Shown: in pieces, positions 1 through 9,607 of the stretch
How positions within the stretch are numbered: the first letter of the stretch is position 1
How the letters are laid out: every line of letters starts with the position of its first letter
Assembly (NCBI GenBank): GCA_965238075.1
Contig: OZ250173.1
Span: 1,344,001-1,408,000, forward strand
Direction of reading: 5' to 3'
Source of the DNA: Candidatus Entotheonellaceae bacterium
GTDB lineage: Bacteria > Tectomicrobia > Entotheonellia > Entotheonellales > Entotheonellaceae
Length of the DNA: 64,000 nucleotides
Notes under the pieces: model-generated
The model's database searches: none
Seen by the model: the letters and a program-made list of their open reading frames with translations, nothing else
Told to the model about the DNA's origin: nothing
Made by a program: the position numbers and the translations under genes

Positions 1-419
1 GTACTGGAGTTCCAGATCATGCCGCGCAGAACGCCCAGAAAGGCTTCGGAATAGTTGTAACTTTCGACGGTGCCGGCCGGCCGGCCGTACACGCCGGTCA
101 AGTTGGGGCCGAAGGGCGGCGCAATCGCCATGCGCTCACCAGCCAGACCGGCGACCTTGACACCGGCGGGCGTATCCGTCACGGCGTCGGGATGCAGGTC
201 CATGGCCAGCCGCACGGCATGATGCAGCGGCAACGGGGCCGGTGCGTGCTCAGCAGCCTTAGCCCTCTCGACTTGCACGCCCACGAGGCCGTGACAGACG
301 CCGCAATGCCTGTCATACAGCCCCTCCGCCTCTACCAATTCGGCGGCCAGGTCCTCGGCGAGCGCCGCCGGGGCCACGGCCAGTAGTGTGATAAGGACAA
401 ATCCCAAGATGCGGGACAT
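1..419 (-). CDS. Exported class I c-type cytochrome (cytochrome c2-like), 3' end outside the window
   Basis: Not in ORF track; translated by hand from ATG at 419 (RBS GGGAGG upstream): MSRILGFVLITLLAVAPAALA signal peptide, CGVCH heme motif, later GPNLTGVYGRPAGTVESYNYSEA..MIW typical of cyt c2. Confidence 0.85.
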   Translation of the reverse strand, partial: MSRILGFVLITLLAVAPAALAEDLAAELVEAEGLYDRHCGVCHGLVGVQVERAKAAEHAPAPLPLHHAVRLAMDLHPDAVTDTPAGVKVAGLAGERMAIAPPFGPNLTGVYGRPAGTVESYNYSEAFLGVLRGMIWNSS

Positions 420-636
420 ACGTTAACCTCCCTTGCCTGAACCTCAATTCGCTGTGCACATCGGGCTCTGAAATCGCCGGAAGTGTAGCACCGCGGAAAG
501 GCCGTGCAAAGCCAAAAGTAACGGCTTGCGTTGAGACGGCGCCGCGTTGAGACGACGGGCGTTTATGATATAACAGGGCGACGGGTCGGCTTGGCGGCGG
601 CCGGGTCGCATACCGTACACGAAGGAGGGGTTGGGC

Positions 637-1923
637 ATGGCCAAGTCGGCCGCGGCCGGCATGATTGCGTCGCTTATCACCGCGCTGTGCATCGCCAGCG
701 CCGGTGCGCAGGAACGGCGGCTGACACTGACCGAGGCAATCAACTTGGCGATGGCCCACAATCCTGCTCTGGCGGTGGAGCGCCACGGCATGGACATTGC
801 CGGCGGCGAGGTCACCAAGGCGCAAATCTACCCGCACAATCCCGAACTCGAAGTCTCCCCCGCCCTTGGGGGCGATTACCATCCGTCGGCTCCCGGACTG
901 AAATTCGCCTACGACGCCCAGGTCGGGGTGTCGCAGGTGGTGGAACTCAAGAATCAGGGAGCTATTCGCCTGCGGCGGGCGAAGGCGCTGGCCGATCAGG
1001 CATCGTGGCAGGTGCGCGACGCCGAGCGCGGCGTGCGGGTACAAGTGCTGCGCGCCTTCAGCGCCGTGTTGTTGTCGCAGCGGCGCGTGCGGCTGGCGGG
1101 CGAGACCGTTGACCTGAGTCGCGAGTTGCTGCGGGTGGCCAGAGAGTTATATGAGGCCGGCCACGTGCCGCGCCTCGACGCCCTGCGCGCCGAGGTGGAA
1201 GAACGCCTGGCGGTTAACGAACAGACCGCCGCGCAGCGCGCGTTGACGGGCCTGAAGCGCGACCTCCTTCTGCTCATGGGGCAGCCGTCCGACCTGCCGT
1301 TCGAGGCCGTCGGCCCCCTGGCCTACGGCCCCCTGGCCATCGTCGAGCGCGCCCTGGCCGAGAACGCCCTGAGCGTGCGCCCAGACGTCAAGGCCGTCGA
1401 AGCCGGTTTGCAGGCCACCGAGGCCGAGGCCGCCCTGGTGCAGGCGGAGCAGACGTTCCCCGCCGTCAATCTGTCGGTCCACTACGAGTTTAGCCGCGAA
1501 GCCGAGGCGCGCCAGCACCGCGCCGTCCTTGGCCTGGCGGTGCCGCTGCCGGTGTTCAATCGCCGCGAAGGCGACCTCGAGATTGCCATGGCGCGGCGCT
1601 CCCGGCAGGCGGCGCGCCTCGAGCTGGTCAAGGCCACCATCAGCGCCCAGGTCGACCAGGCGCTGGAACGGTTTCGCGCCTCGCGCCGCATCGTGGAGCA
1701 GTTCACCCGGCACATCCTGCCGCAGCAGCAGGACAATTTCGAGATGCTGCGCGAGGGCTACCAGCTCGGCCAGTTCACCCTCACGGAGGTGCTGGTGATG
1801 CAGCGCGAATTCATCCAGGGCCGCTCGCGCTACCTCGACGCCATCGCGGAATTCAACGCCGCGCTCGTCGATCTGGAAGCCGCCGGCGGCGCCGCCGTCA
1901 TCGACATCAACCGCAAGCCCTGA
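637..1923 (+). CDS. czcC: TolC/CzcC-family outer membrane efflux protein
   Basis: Signal peptide, LTLTEAINLAMAHNP, VPLPVFNRREG, YQLGQFTLTEVL motifs; first gene of RND triad; start 637 (or TTG 631). Confidence 0.85.
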   Translation: MAKSAAAGMIASLITALCIASAGAQERRLTLTEAINLAMAHNPALAVERHGMDIAGGEVTKAQIYPHNPELEVSPALGGDYHPSAPGLKFAYDAQVGVSQVVELKNQGAIRLRRAKALADQASWQVRDAERGVRVQVLRAFSAVLLSQRRVRLAGETVDLSRELLRVARELYEAGHVPRLDALRAEVEERLAVNEQTAAQRALTGLKRDLLLLMGQPSDLPFEAVGPLAYGPLAIVERALAENALSVRPDVKAVEAGLQATEAEAALVQAEQTFPAVNLSVHYEFSREAEARQHRAVLGLAVPLPVFNRREGDLEIAMARRSRQAARLELVKATISAQVDQALERFRASRRIVEQFTRHILPQQQDNFEMLREGYQLGQFTLTEVLVMQREFIQGRSRYLDAIAEFNAALVDLEAAGGAAVIDINRKP

Positions 1924-1946
1924 CGCGAACACGGCGGGGGAAACCC

Positions 1947-3206
1947 ATGGCCAAAAACGTTGCGATTATCGTCCTGGCAGGCCTTCTGCTGGTGGTTGCC
2001 GGGTTGTGGGTTGCCAGCAATCCGCAATGGTTCGCTGACCTGCAGGACGCCGACGAGTCGCCCCGCCTCGCGCCGGACCGGCATAACGACGATGACGACG
2101 AACACGAGGAAGACGCCGCGGAAGGCATTGCACTCACCCCCGAGGAGGTGGAGCGTCTCGGCCTGCAGACTGCTGGCGTCGAGCCGCACGTGATCGAAGA
2201 AACGGTCACCGTCAACGGCGTTATCCGGCCTATTCCCGACCTGTTGGCATCTGTCAGCAGCCGTGTGGCCGGCAAGGTCACTCGCGTTGTCGGCAACGTC
2301 GGCGATACGGTGCAGGAGGGCCAGACCCTGGCCGAGTTGCGCAGCACGGCCCTGGAGGCGTTGCAGGCCGAGTTGCAGACCGAGGTGCTGCAAGCCCACA
2401 ACCGTCTGCAGCTCGCCACTGCCGACCTGGCGCGCCTCACGTATCTCGTCGAGCGCGGCATCGGCGCCAAGCGCGTGCTGCTGCAAAAGGAGGCGGAGGT
2501 CAGCAGCATCAACGTGGAAATCGCCGGGCTCGAAAACCGCCTGCGCATCATCGGTCTGGAGCCGGCATCTGACGGCGCCTTGCCGGACGGTGACCAATCC
2601 GCCTCGCTCCTCACTCTGCGGGCGCCGCGCGCCGGCGTCATCATGCACCGCGACGTCACCCTCGGCGAGACCATCGACCCCGCCAAGGTGCTCTTCCGCA
2701 TCGCCGACATGCGGCGCGTTTACGCCGAGGGGGAGGCCTTTGAAATCGACGCCACCGCGCTTCGCAAGGGGCAGCCCGTGCGCGTGCAGATACCGGCCTA
2801 TCCTGGGCGTACCTTCGACGGCGAGATCGCCGGCATCAACTACGAGGTCGAGTCGGAGGACAAGACCGTTCCCTTCCGTGTCGAGATCGCCAACGATCCG
2901 CCGCACCCGCTGAAGTCCAACATGACCGCCATCCTCACGGTCACCGTCGGCAGCCGCGGCCACACCCTGGCGGTGCCGCACGCGGCGGTGATCAGCGACG
3001 GCGCCGAATCCGCCGTCTTCGTGCAGGAGAACGGCGCCTTCCACAAACGTACGGTGCTGCTCGGCATCCGCGACGACCGCTATGCCGAGGTGAAGAGCGG
3101 CCTGGAGGCTGGTGAGCAGGTGGTGACGACGGGCAAGCGGCAGCTTTACACCATCCTGCGGCTGGGCGGCGACACCGACGACCTCGAAGAGATGGGCGGC
3201 GATTAA
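1947..3206 (+). CDS. czcB: RND periplasmic adaptor (membrane fusion protein), CzcB-like
   Basis: N-terminal TM, acidic/His patch DRHNDDDDEHEED, VSSRVAGKV..VGDTVQEGQ and LRAPRAG lipoyl half-motifs, GLEAGEQVV. Confidence 0.88.
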   Translation: MAKNVAIIVLAGLLLVVAGLWVASNPQWFADLQDADESPRLAPDRHNDDDDEHEEDAAEGIALTPEEVERLGLQTAGVEPHVIEETVTVNGVIRPIPDLLASVSSRVAGKVTRVVGNVGDTVQEGQTLAELRSTALEALQAELQTEVLQAHNRLQLATADLARLTYLVERGIGAKRVLLQKEAEVSSINVEIAGLENRLRIIGLEPASDGALPDGDQSASLLTLRAPRAGVIMHRDVTLGETIDPAKVLFRIADMRRVYAEGEAFEIDATALRKGQPVRVQIPAYPGRTFDGEIAGINYEVESEDKTVPFRVEIANDPPHPLKSNMTAILTVTVGSRGHTLAVPHAAVISDGAESAVFVQENGAFHKRTVLLGIRDDRYAEVKSGLEAGEQVVTTGKRQLYTILRLGGDTDDLEEMGGD

Positions 3207-3209
3207 CGG

Positions 3210-3313
3210 CAGTGGTCAGTGGCTAGTTGCCAGTGAAAGACCCGGGTTTGCTGGTCACTGGCCACGGACCACTGGTTTTTGCTGGCCACTGGCCGCTAGT
3301 CACTAACAACTGG
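3210..3313. repeat. Degenerate 7-bp tandem repeats (CAGTGGY / CTGGYCA) in inverted blocks
   Basis: cagtggt-cagtggc-tagttgc-cagtg, then ctggtca-ctggcca-cggacca-ctgg and ctggcca-ctggccg-ctagtca-ctaacaa-ctgg. Confidence 0.75.
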
Positions 3314-3320
3314 GTTTTCC

Positions 3321-6300
3321 ATGTTCAGCAAACTCATTCAGTGGTCCTTGGAGAATCGACTGGTGGTCGTCGTCGGCGTCATCGCCACCGCCGTCGCTGG
3401 CGTCATGGCGGCGCGCGACATCCACCTCGACGTGTTCCCGGACTTCGCGCCGCCGCAGGTGGTCATCCTGACGGAGGCGCCGGGGTTCTCGCCGGAAGAG
3501 GTGGAAACGCTGCTCGCCCTGCCCATCGAGGCCGCCCTGAACGGCACGCCCGACGTCGTCAGCGTGCGCTCGTCGGCCATCGTCGGCCTGTCCACCATCG
3601 TGGCGGTGTTCGAGTGGGGCACCGATCTCACCGTTGCGCGCCAGAAGGTTGCCGAGCGGCTGCGACAAGCCGAGCAGCAGTTGCCGGCGGGCGTCGAGGC
3701 GCCCGTCATGCTGCCGGTGGCGTCGGTCATGGGCCGCCTGCTGGAATACGGCCTCACCTACGAAGGCGACGACGACGCGGTATCCGAACTCGACCTGCGG
3801 ACCATCTGCGAATGGGACATCCGCAACCGCCTGCTGGCCGTTTCGGGTGTCGCCTCGGTGGTCTGCGTCGGCGGCGGCATCAAGCAGTACCAGGTGGTCG
3901 TCTCGCCCCGCCGGCTCAAGGCTTACAACCTCACCCTGCAAGAGGTCATCGAAGCCGTGGAGGCGGCCAACCTGAACCTGCCGGGCGGGGTGCTGCAAAC
4001 CTCCGACCAGGAATACATCGTCACCGGGCGTGGGCGCATCACCTCGCTGGAAGACCTGCGAAGCTCCGTCATCACGGTGCGGGGCGGCAACCCGATCACC
4101 ATTGCCCAGGTGGCCGAGGTGCGACTGGGCGCGGCGCCGAAACGCGGCGACGCCAGCCTGAACGGCGGCAAGCCGCTGGTGCTCGGCGCTGTCACCAAAG
4201 CCTTCGGCGCCGACACGCTGACCACCACCTACGAGGTCGAGGCGGCGCTCGACGAGATCGAGCAGACCCTGCCCGAGGGCGTCAAGCTGCACAAGGCGCT
4301 ATTCCGCCAGGCGACGTTCATCGAGGCCACCATCGAGAACCTGAGAGCGGCGCTGCTGCAGGGCGCCGGCATCGTCACCGTCGTCCTGTTCGTCTTTTTC
4401 CTCAGCTTCCGGCCCGCATTCATCAGCTTCCTGGCCATGCCGTTCTCCCTGCTGCTGGCGCTGATCGCGCTCAGGGCCCTGGACGTGGGGATCAATGCCA
4501 TGACCCTCGGCGGCATGTCGGTGGCTCTCGGCGGCGTGGTCGACGACGCCATCATCGACGTGGAGAACATCCTCCGGCGACTGCGCGAAAACCGTCAGCG
4601 CGGCACCCCCGAGCCGACCCTGCGGGTGATCTACCGAGCCTCGATGGAGATTCGCGCCTCCATCGTCTACGCGACCCTCATCACCATGGTCGTCTTTCTG
4701 CCGGTGTTCTTCCTGTCCGGCCCCGAAGGGCGCATTTTCACGCCGCTGGGGCTATCCTACTGCATCGCCCTCTTCGCCTCGCTGCTGGTCGCCTTCACGC
4801 AGACGCCGGTGCTGTGCTCGCTGTTTCTGACCGGCGGGCGGCTGCTGGACAAGGAAAGCGCCACCAGTGTCGGGCTGAAGAACGTCTACCGGCGGGTTCT
4901 GCAACCGGCGCTGCGGCACCCGTGGTGGGTGGTCGTGTGCGCCACGGCCATGCTGTGCGGCGCCGCGGCGCTGATCCCCTCGCTGGGGCGGGAATTCCTG
5001 CCGCACTTCCACGAGGGCAATTTCATCGTCGCCATGACGGCCCTGCCCGGCACTTCGCTGGAGGAATCCATGCGCCTCGGACGGCAGGTGCAGGAGCGGC
5101 TGCTGACCTATCCCGAGGTGGTGTCGGTGGTGCAGCGGGTCGGCATGGGCGAGGTTGGCGAGGAGGTGTCGCCGGTCAATTTCAGCGAGTTCGACATCAC
5201 CTTGCACTTTGCAGAGCGCGACCCCGAGGAGTTGGTGCAGGCCATCCGCGCCGATCTGGGCAAGCTGCCCGGTGTCGCCATCAGCGTCGGGCAGTTCATC
5301 GCACACCGCATGGACGAGGCGCTATCCGGCGTCACCGCCCAGATCGCCGTGAAGATTTTCGGCCCTGACCTCGGTGTCCTGTGGGAAAAGGGCCAGGAGG
5401 TGAGGGCCATCATGCGGCGCATCGAAGGCGTGACGGACCTCGAACTGGAGCCGCTCGTCAACGTGCCCATGGTAGCCGTCAAGGTGAACCGCACGAAAGC
5501 GGCCAGCTATGGTTTGCGGGCCGAGGACGTGTTGCGCGTCGTCGAGGTGTTCGGCAACGGCTACGTCGTTTCCCAGGTCATCGAGGGCCAGAAATCGTTT
5601 GATCTGGTGGTGCGGTTTGCGTCCACCGCGCCGCCCAGCCTGGAGACGCTGCGGGACGTGCTGCTGGACACGCCCAGCGGCGCCCGCGTGCCGCTGCGGC
5701 AGGTCGCCGACGTGTTCATCGAGGCGCGCCCGTATATTATCAATCGCGAGGACGTCATGCGCCGCATCGTGGCGCGCTGCAACGTCGAGGGCAGGGACCT
5801 CGGCAGCGTGGTTGACGACATGCGGGCGCGCATCACCGCCGGGGTGGACCTGCCGCCGGGGTACTTCGTGCAGTACGGCGGCCAGTTCGAGAGCCAGCAG
5901 AGAAGCCAGCAGATCATCACCTCGCTGGGTCTCGCCGCGGTGCTCCTCATCTTTCTGCTTCTCTATCAGGCCCTGGGATCGGGGAAGGCAGCGCTGCTGG
6001 TGATGGTCAACCTGCCGCTGGCGTTGATCGGCGGCGTCCTGGCGGTCTACTGGACCGACGGCGTGCTGAGCATTTCCTCCCTGATCGGCTTCGTGGCGGT
6101 GTTCGGCATTGCCACGCGCAACGGCATTATCCTGATTACGCACTGCCAGTATCTCATGCGCGAGGAGGGCCGGGCGGTGCACGAGGCGGTTCTGCAGGGC
6201 GCCCTGGACCGTCTGAGCCCGGTGCTGATGACCGCCTCGTCCACGGCGCTCGGGCTGTTCCCGCTGGTGATCGGCAGCCCCATCGGCAAGGAGCTGGAGC

Positions 6301-6440
6301 GCCCCCTGGCTTGGGTGATTCTGGGCGGCCTGGCCAGCTCGACGTTCCTGAACCTGATTGTGGTGCCAACGCTGGTACGGCGCTTCGGCCTGGGCGGCGG
6401 GCCGGTGCGGCAGGCGGAGATGAACCTTGAAAAGGTCTGA
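3321..6440 (+). CDS. czcA: CusA/CzcA heavy-metal efflux RND permease
   Basis: 1039 aa; LDVFPDFAPPQV, SPEEVE, INAMTLGG, VVDDAIIDVEN, RLSPVLMTA motifs. Confidence 0.92.
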   Translation: MFSKLIQWSLENRLVVVVGVIATAVAGVMAARDIHLDVFPDFAPPQVVILTEAPGFSPEEVETLLALPIEAALNGTPDVVSVRSSAIVGLSTIVAVFEWGTDLTVARQKVAERLRQAEQQLPAGVEAPVMLPVASVMGRLLEYGLTYEGDDDAVSELDLRTICEWDIRNRLLAVSGVASVVCVGGGIKQYQVVVSPRRLKAYNLTLQEVIEAVEAANLNLPGGVLQTSDQEYIVTGRGRITSLEDLRSSVITVRGGNPITIAQVAEVRLGAAPKRGDASLNGGKPLVLGAVTKAFGADTLTTTYEVEAALDEIEQTLPEGVKLHKALFRQATFIEATIENLRAALLQGAGIVTVVLFVFFLSFRPAFISFLAMPFSLLLALIALRALDVGINAMTLGGMSVALGGVVDDAIIDVENILRRLRENRQRGTPEPTLRVIYRASMEIRASIVYATLITMVVFLPVFFLSGPEGRIFTPLGLSYCIALFASLLVAFTQTPVLCSLFLTGGRLLDKESATSVGLKNVYRRVLQPALRHPWWVVVCATAMLCGAAALIPSLGREFLPHFHEGNFIVAMTALPGTSLEESMRLGRQVQERLLTYPEVVSVVQRVGMGEVGEEVSPVNFSEFDITLHFAERDPEELVQAIRADLGKLPGVAISVGQFIAHRMDEALSGVTAQIAVKIFGPDLGVLWEKGQEVRAIMRRIEGVTDLELEPLVNVPMVAVKVNRTKAASYGLRAEDVLRVVEVFGNGYVVSQVIEGQKSFDLVVRFASTAPPSLETLRDVLLDTPSGARVPLRQVADVFIEARPYIINREDVMRRIVARCNVEGRDLGSVVDDMRARITAGVDLPPGYFVQYGGQFESQQRSQQIITSLGLAAVLLIFLLLYQALGSGKAALLVMVNLPLALIGGVLAVYWTDGVLSISSLIGFVAVFGIATRNGIILITHCQYLMREEGRAVHEAVLQGALDRLSPVLMTASSTALGLFPLVIGSPIGKELERPLAWVILGGLASSTFLNLIVVPTLVRRFGLGGGPVRQAEMNLEKV

Positions 6441-6479
6441 ATAAGTCTGCAAATTCCGGGGGCCGTGTATTCATACCTC

Positions 6480-6780
6480 CTCACCCCGGCGAAAGCCGGA
6501 GGGTGGATGGCCCCCCGTTCAAGCCGGGGGCAGGCTCTGCAGGCTACCTGTAGGGTAATGAAAACGGGTCCCTCAGCGCCCTCCGCCCCCCTGACAAGGG
6601 GGGTTGGGGGGTTACATGTTCCCCCGGGCGGGCCTCGTGCCTGCCCTGTGAGTTCCCGCCTATGCGGGACAATGGGCATCCACAAGGGGTGCCCCTACCC
6701 CGTCCTGTGGGCTCCCGCCTGTGAGGCTATGACGGTCGGGGGCATGAGCACCGGACGGTCTATTTTCACGGTAATGCCAC
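6480..6780. repeat. Composite cluster of REP-like palindromes
   Basis: ccggcgaaagccgg, cccccctgacaagggggg, cccgcctatgcggg and a GTAG-type REP (revcomp GTAGGGGCACCCCTTGTGGATGCCC at 6674-6698). Confidence 0.7.
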
Positions 6781-6808
6781 AAGGCATCTTTTCACTCTGG
6801 GAGGAGCT

Positions 6809-7762
6809 ATGGAAACAGTCGGATTTATCGGTCTGGGCAACATGGGCATGGGCATGGCGGCGAATATCCAGAAGGCTGATTACCCATTGGTGGTGTACGA
6901 CGTTCGGCAGGCCGCCACGCAGCCGTTCGTGACCGCCGGGGCGCGTCAGGCCGGCTCGGCCGCCGAGGTGGCGCGCATGAGCGATGTTGTTCTTACGTCG
7001 CTGCCCGGCCCCAAGGAGGTCGAAGCGGTGGCGCTCGGCGCCGACGGCGTGCTGGCGGGCATCCGCGAGGGCGGCATTTACGTGGACCTGTCCACCAGCC
7101 GGCCGACGCTCATCCGCCAAATCGAGCCGCAGTTTCGCGCCAAAGGGGCGCACGTGCTGGACGCGCCGGTAAGCGGCGGCAAGAGCGGCGCGGCGTCGCG
7201 CAACCTGGCGGTGATGGTCGGCGGCGAGCGAGAGATATTCGAGCGCATCAAACCGCTGCTGGACGCCTTTGGCGACAAGGTGTTCTACGCCGGAAGCATC
7301 GGCGCCGGCAGCGTTTGCAAGCTGGTGCACAACATGATCGGCCACGGCGTGCGGCAGGCCATCGCCGAGGGCCTGACCCTGGGGGTGAAGGCCGGCGTCG
7401 AGGCCGAGGCGCTGTGGCAGTGCGTGCGGCGCGGCGCCCTGGGCCGCATGAGCAGCCTGCACGAGGGCATGCCGCGCACGGTGTTCCGCGGCACCTTCGA
7501 GCCGCCCAGCTTTTTGCTGTCTTTGGCTCGCAAGGACATCTCGCTGGCCACCGAGCTGGGCCGCGAGTTCGACGTGCCGATGCCGGTGGCCAACCTCGCC
7601 GAGCAACTGTGCATCGAGGGCCTCAACCGCGGCTGGGCGGACCTGGACAGCAGCATCACCTTCCTGCTGCAGGAGGAGGCCGCCGGGGTGGAAGTGCGCG
7701 CCCCGCAGGTCGATGTGGAACGCGCTGCGCGGTTCATCTCGACGCACCCGGACGCCGAGTGA
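6809..7762 (+). CDS. NAD(P)-dependent beta-hydroxyacid dehydrogenase (3-hydroxyisobutyrate DH / tartronate semialdehyde reductase family)
   Basis: GFIGLGNMG, DAPVSGG, GAGSVCKLVHN, KD motifs; RBS GGAGGAG. Confidence 0.9.
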   Translation: METVGFIGLGNMGMGMAANIQKADYPLVVYDVRQAATQPFVTAGARQAGSAAEVARMSDVVLTSLPGPKEVEAVALGADGVLAGIREGGIYVDLSTSRPTLIRQIEPQFRAKGAHVLDAPVSGGKSGAASRNLAVMVGGEREIFERIKPLLDAFGDKVFYAGSIGAGSVCKLVHNMIGHGVRQAIAEGLTLGVKAGVEAEALWQCVRRGALGRMSSLHEGMPRTVFRGTFEPPSFLLSLARKDISLATELGREFDVPMPVANLAEQLCIEGLNRGWADLDSSITFLLQEEAAGVEVRAPQVDVERAARFISTHPDAE

Positions 7763-8655
7763 CCGCGATACGTGACGTCGTCGATACCTTCGGGCGCACC
7801 GTGCGGCTGTCGGACGACCCGCAGCGCCTCGTTTCCCTCGTGCCCAGCATCACGGAGACCCTGTTCGACTTTGGCCGCGGCGAGCAGGTCGTGGCGCTGA
7901 CCGATTACTGCACGGAGCCGGCCGCCGGAGTGGCCGGCAAGACGACTATCGGCGGCACCAAGAACCCGGACGTGGCGGCCATCATCGACCTGCAGCCGGA
8001 CTTGGTGCTGGCGGTGGCCGAGGAGAACCGCCGCGGCGACGTCGACCAACTGGCGGCGGCCGGCGTGCCGGTGTACGTCTTCGAGCCGCGCAGCGTGCGG
8101 GACGGCGTCGACCTTCTGTGGCGTGTCGCCGAGCTGCTCGGCTGCCGCACAGAGGTCGCCGGGCGCATCGAAGCCATCGAACACGACCTCGCCGACACCG
8201 AAGCCGTGGCCGCTGCACGGCCGCGCGTGCGGGTGTTCTGTCCGATCTGGAAGGACCCGTACATGACCATCAACCACGACACCTACATCCACGCCATGCT
8301 CACGGCGTGCGGCGGCGACAACGTCTTTGCCGACCGCCAGCGGCGCTTCCCGCTCGCCGCCGACCTCAGCCGCCGGCCCGCAGCCGACGGCGAGCGCCAC
8401 GAGGCGCGCGACCGCCGCTATCCGCGCCTCACGCTGGACGAAATGGCCGCCCACCGCCCCGACGTCATTCTGCTGCCGGATGAACCCTACCCGTTCAGCG
8501 CCGTCGACCTACCCGATTTCGCCCCGTTCGCCGACGTGCCGGCGGTGCGCGACGGACGCGTTCACCTCATCGACGGCAAGATTGTCAGCTGGTACGGCCC
8601 GCGCATCGGGCGCAGCCTGCACACCTTGCGCCGCTTGTTGCACCCTGGGGTATAA
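7759..8655 (+). CDS. Helical-backbone metal/cobalamin-binding protein (BtuF-like), no signal peptide
   Basis: GTG at 7759 overlaps upstream stop; PQRLVSLVPSITETLF, GGTKNPD, PDLVLAVAEEN, SWYGPR. Confidence 0.8.
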   Translation: MTAIRDVVDTFGRTVRLSDDPQRLVSLVPSITETLFDFGRGEQVVALTDYCTEPAAGVAGKTTIGGTKNPDVAAIIDLQPDLVLAVAEENRRGDVDQLAAAGVPVYVFEPRSVRDGVDLLWRVAELLGCRTEVAGRIEAIEHDLADTEAVAAARPRVRVFCPIWKDPYMTINHDTYIHAMLTACGGDNVFADRQRRFPLAADLSRRPAADGERHEARDRRYPRLTLDEMAAHRPDVILLPDEPYPFSAVDLPDFAPFADVPAVRDGRVHLIDGKIVSWYGPRIGRSLHTLRRLLHPGV

Positions 8656-8708
8656 TCCCGCCCTGAGGCGTTTGATAAGTAACCTGAACTTGCGGTGGCG
8701 CCTGATTT

Positions 8709-8835
8709 CCCCCTCACCCCAACCCTCTCCCACGAGGGGAGAGGGAGCAAAAAATTCCCGCCCCTCGTGAAGGGGATGACTGAGGAAGCAGCGGTCCCCT
8801 CCCCCCTTTGCGGGGGAGGGCTAGGGAGAGGGGGT
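8709..8835. repeat. REP-like palindromic unit family (CCCTCACCCCAACCCTCTCCC..GGGAGAGGG)
   Basis: Same units recur inside the elements at ~41580-41692 and ~50730-50840. Confidence 0.8.
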
Positions 8836-8875
8836 GAAGGCACGACCGAACCTGCAGATCGGAAAGGGAATCACG

Positions 8876-9580
8876 ATGTACGCTCGAAGCTACGCGCAGC
8901 CGGTGATACGCGCGGACGCCGGTCTGCGCGCCACGTTCATCCGGCGCACCTACAATCACCTGGCGGGCGCCGTGCTGGCCTTTATTGTGGTGGAAGCGCT
9001 GCTGCTGCAATGGTCCGGGGCGGAGGCGCTCGTCGGCGCCATGCTCGGCGGCTTTTCGTGGCTGATCGTCCTGGCAGCGTTCATGGGGGTGTCCTGGCTG
9101 GCCGAGAAATGGGCACGATCCGACGCCTCGCCGCAGATGCAATACATGGGGCTGGGGCTCTACGTGGTGGCGGAGGCGGTGATCTTCCTGCCCTTGCTCT
9201 ATATTGCGGCCTACTTCAGCTCGCCGGACGTCATCCCGACGGCCGGCATCATCACCGCGCTGCTGTTCGGCGGCCTGACCCCGGTGGCCTTCACCACCGG
9301 GCACGATTTCGCCTTTCTCGGCGGCCTGCTGAAAGTCGGCGGCTTCGTCGCCCTCGGGGTCATCGTGGCGAGCATCTTGTTCGGCTTCAGCCTGGGGCTG
9401 TTTTTCGTCGGCCTGATGATACTGTTCGCGGGCGGCGCAATTCTCTACAACACCTCGAACGTCATGCACCACTACCACACGGATCAACACGTGGCGGCAT
9501 CGCTGGCGCTGTTCGCCTCGGTGGCGTTGCTGTTCTGGTACGTGTTGCAGGCGGTCATGGCCTTCACATCCGATGAATAG
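8876..9580 (+). CDS. Bax inhibitor-1/YccA family membrane protein
   Basis: RATFIRRTYNHLAGA, ~7 hydrophobic segments, ILYNTS, AASLALFASVALLFWYVL. Confidence 0.85.
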   Translation: MYARSYAQPVIRADAGLRATFIRRTYNHLAGAVLAFIVVEALLLQWSGAEALVGAMLGGFSWLIVLAAFMGVSWLAEKWARSDASPQMQYMGLGLYVVAEAVIFLPLLYIAAYFSSPDVIPTAGIITALLFGGLTPVAFTTGHDFAFLGGLLKVGGFVALGVIVASILFGFSLGLFFVGLMILFAGGAILYNTSNVMHHYHTDQHVAASLALFASVALLFWYVLQAVMAFTSDE

Positions 9581-9607
9581 GATAATCCGACGGCAAGAGG
9601 AGAAATT

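Noticed and set aside
3210-3313. CRISPR array (also considered for 6480-6780 and 8709-8835)
   Set aside because: No constant 23-47 bp repeats with unique spacers and no cas genes.
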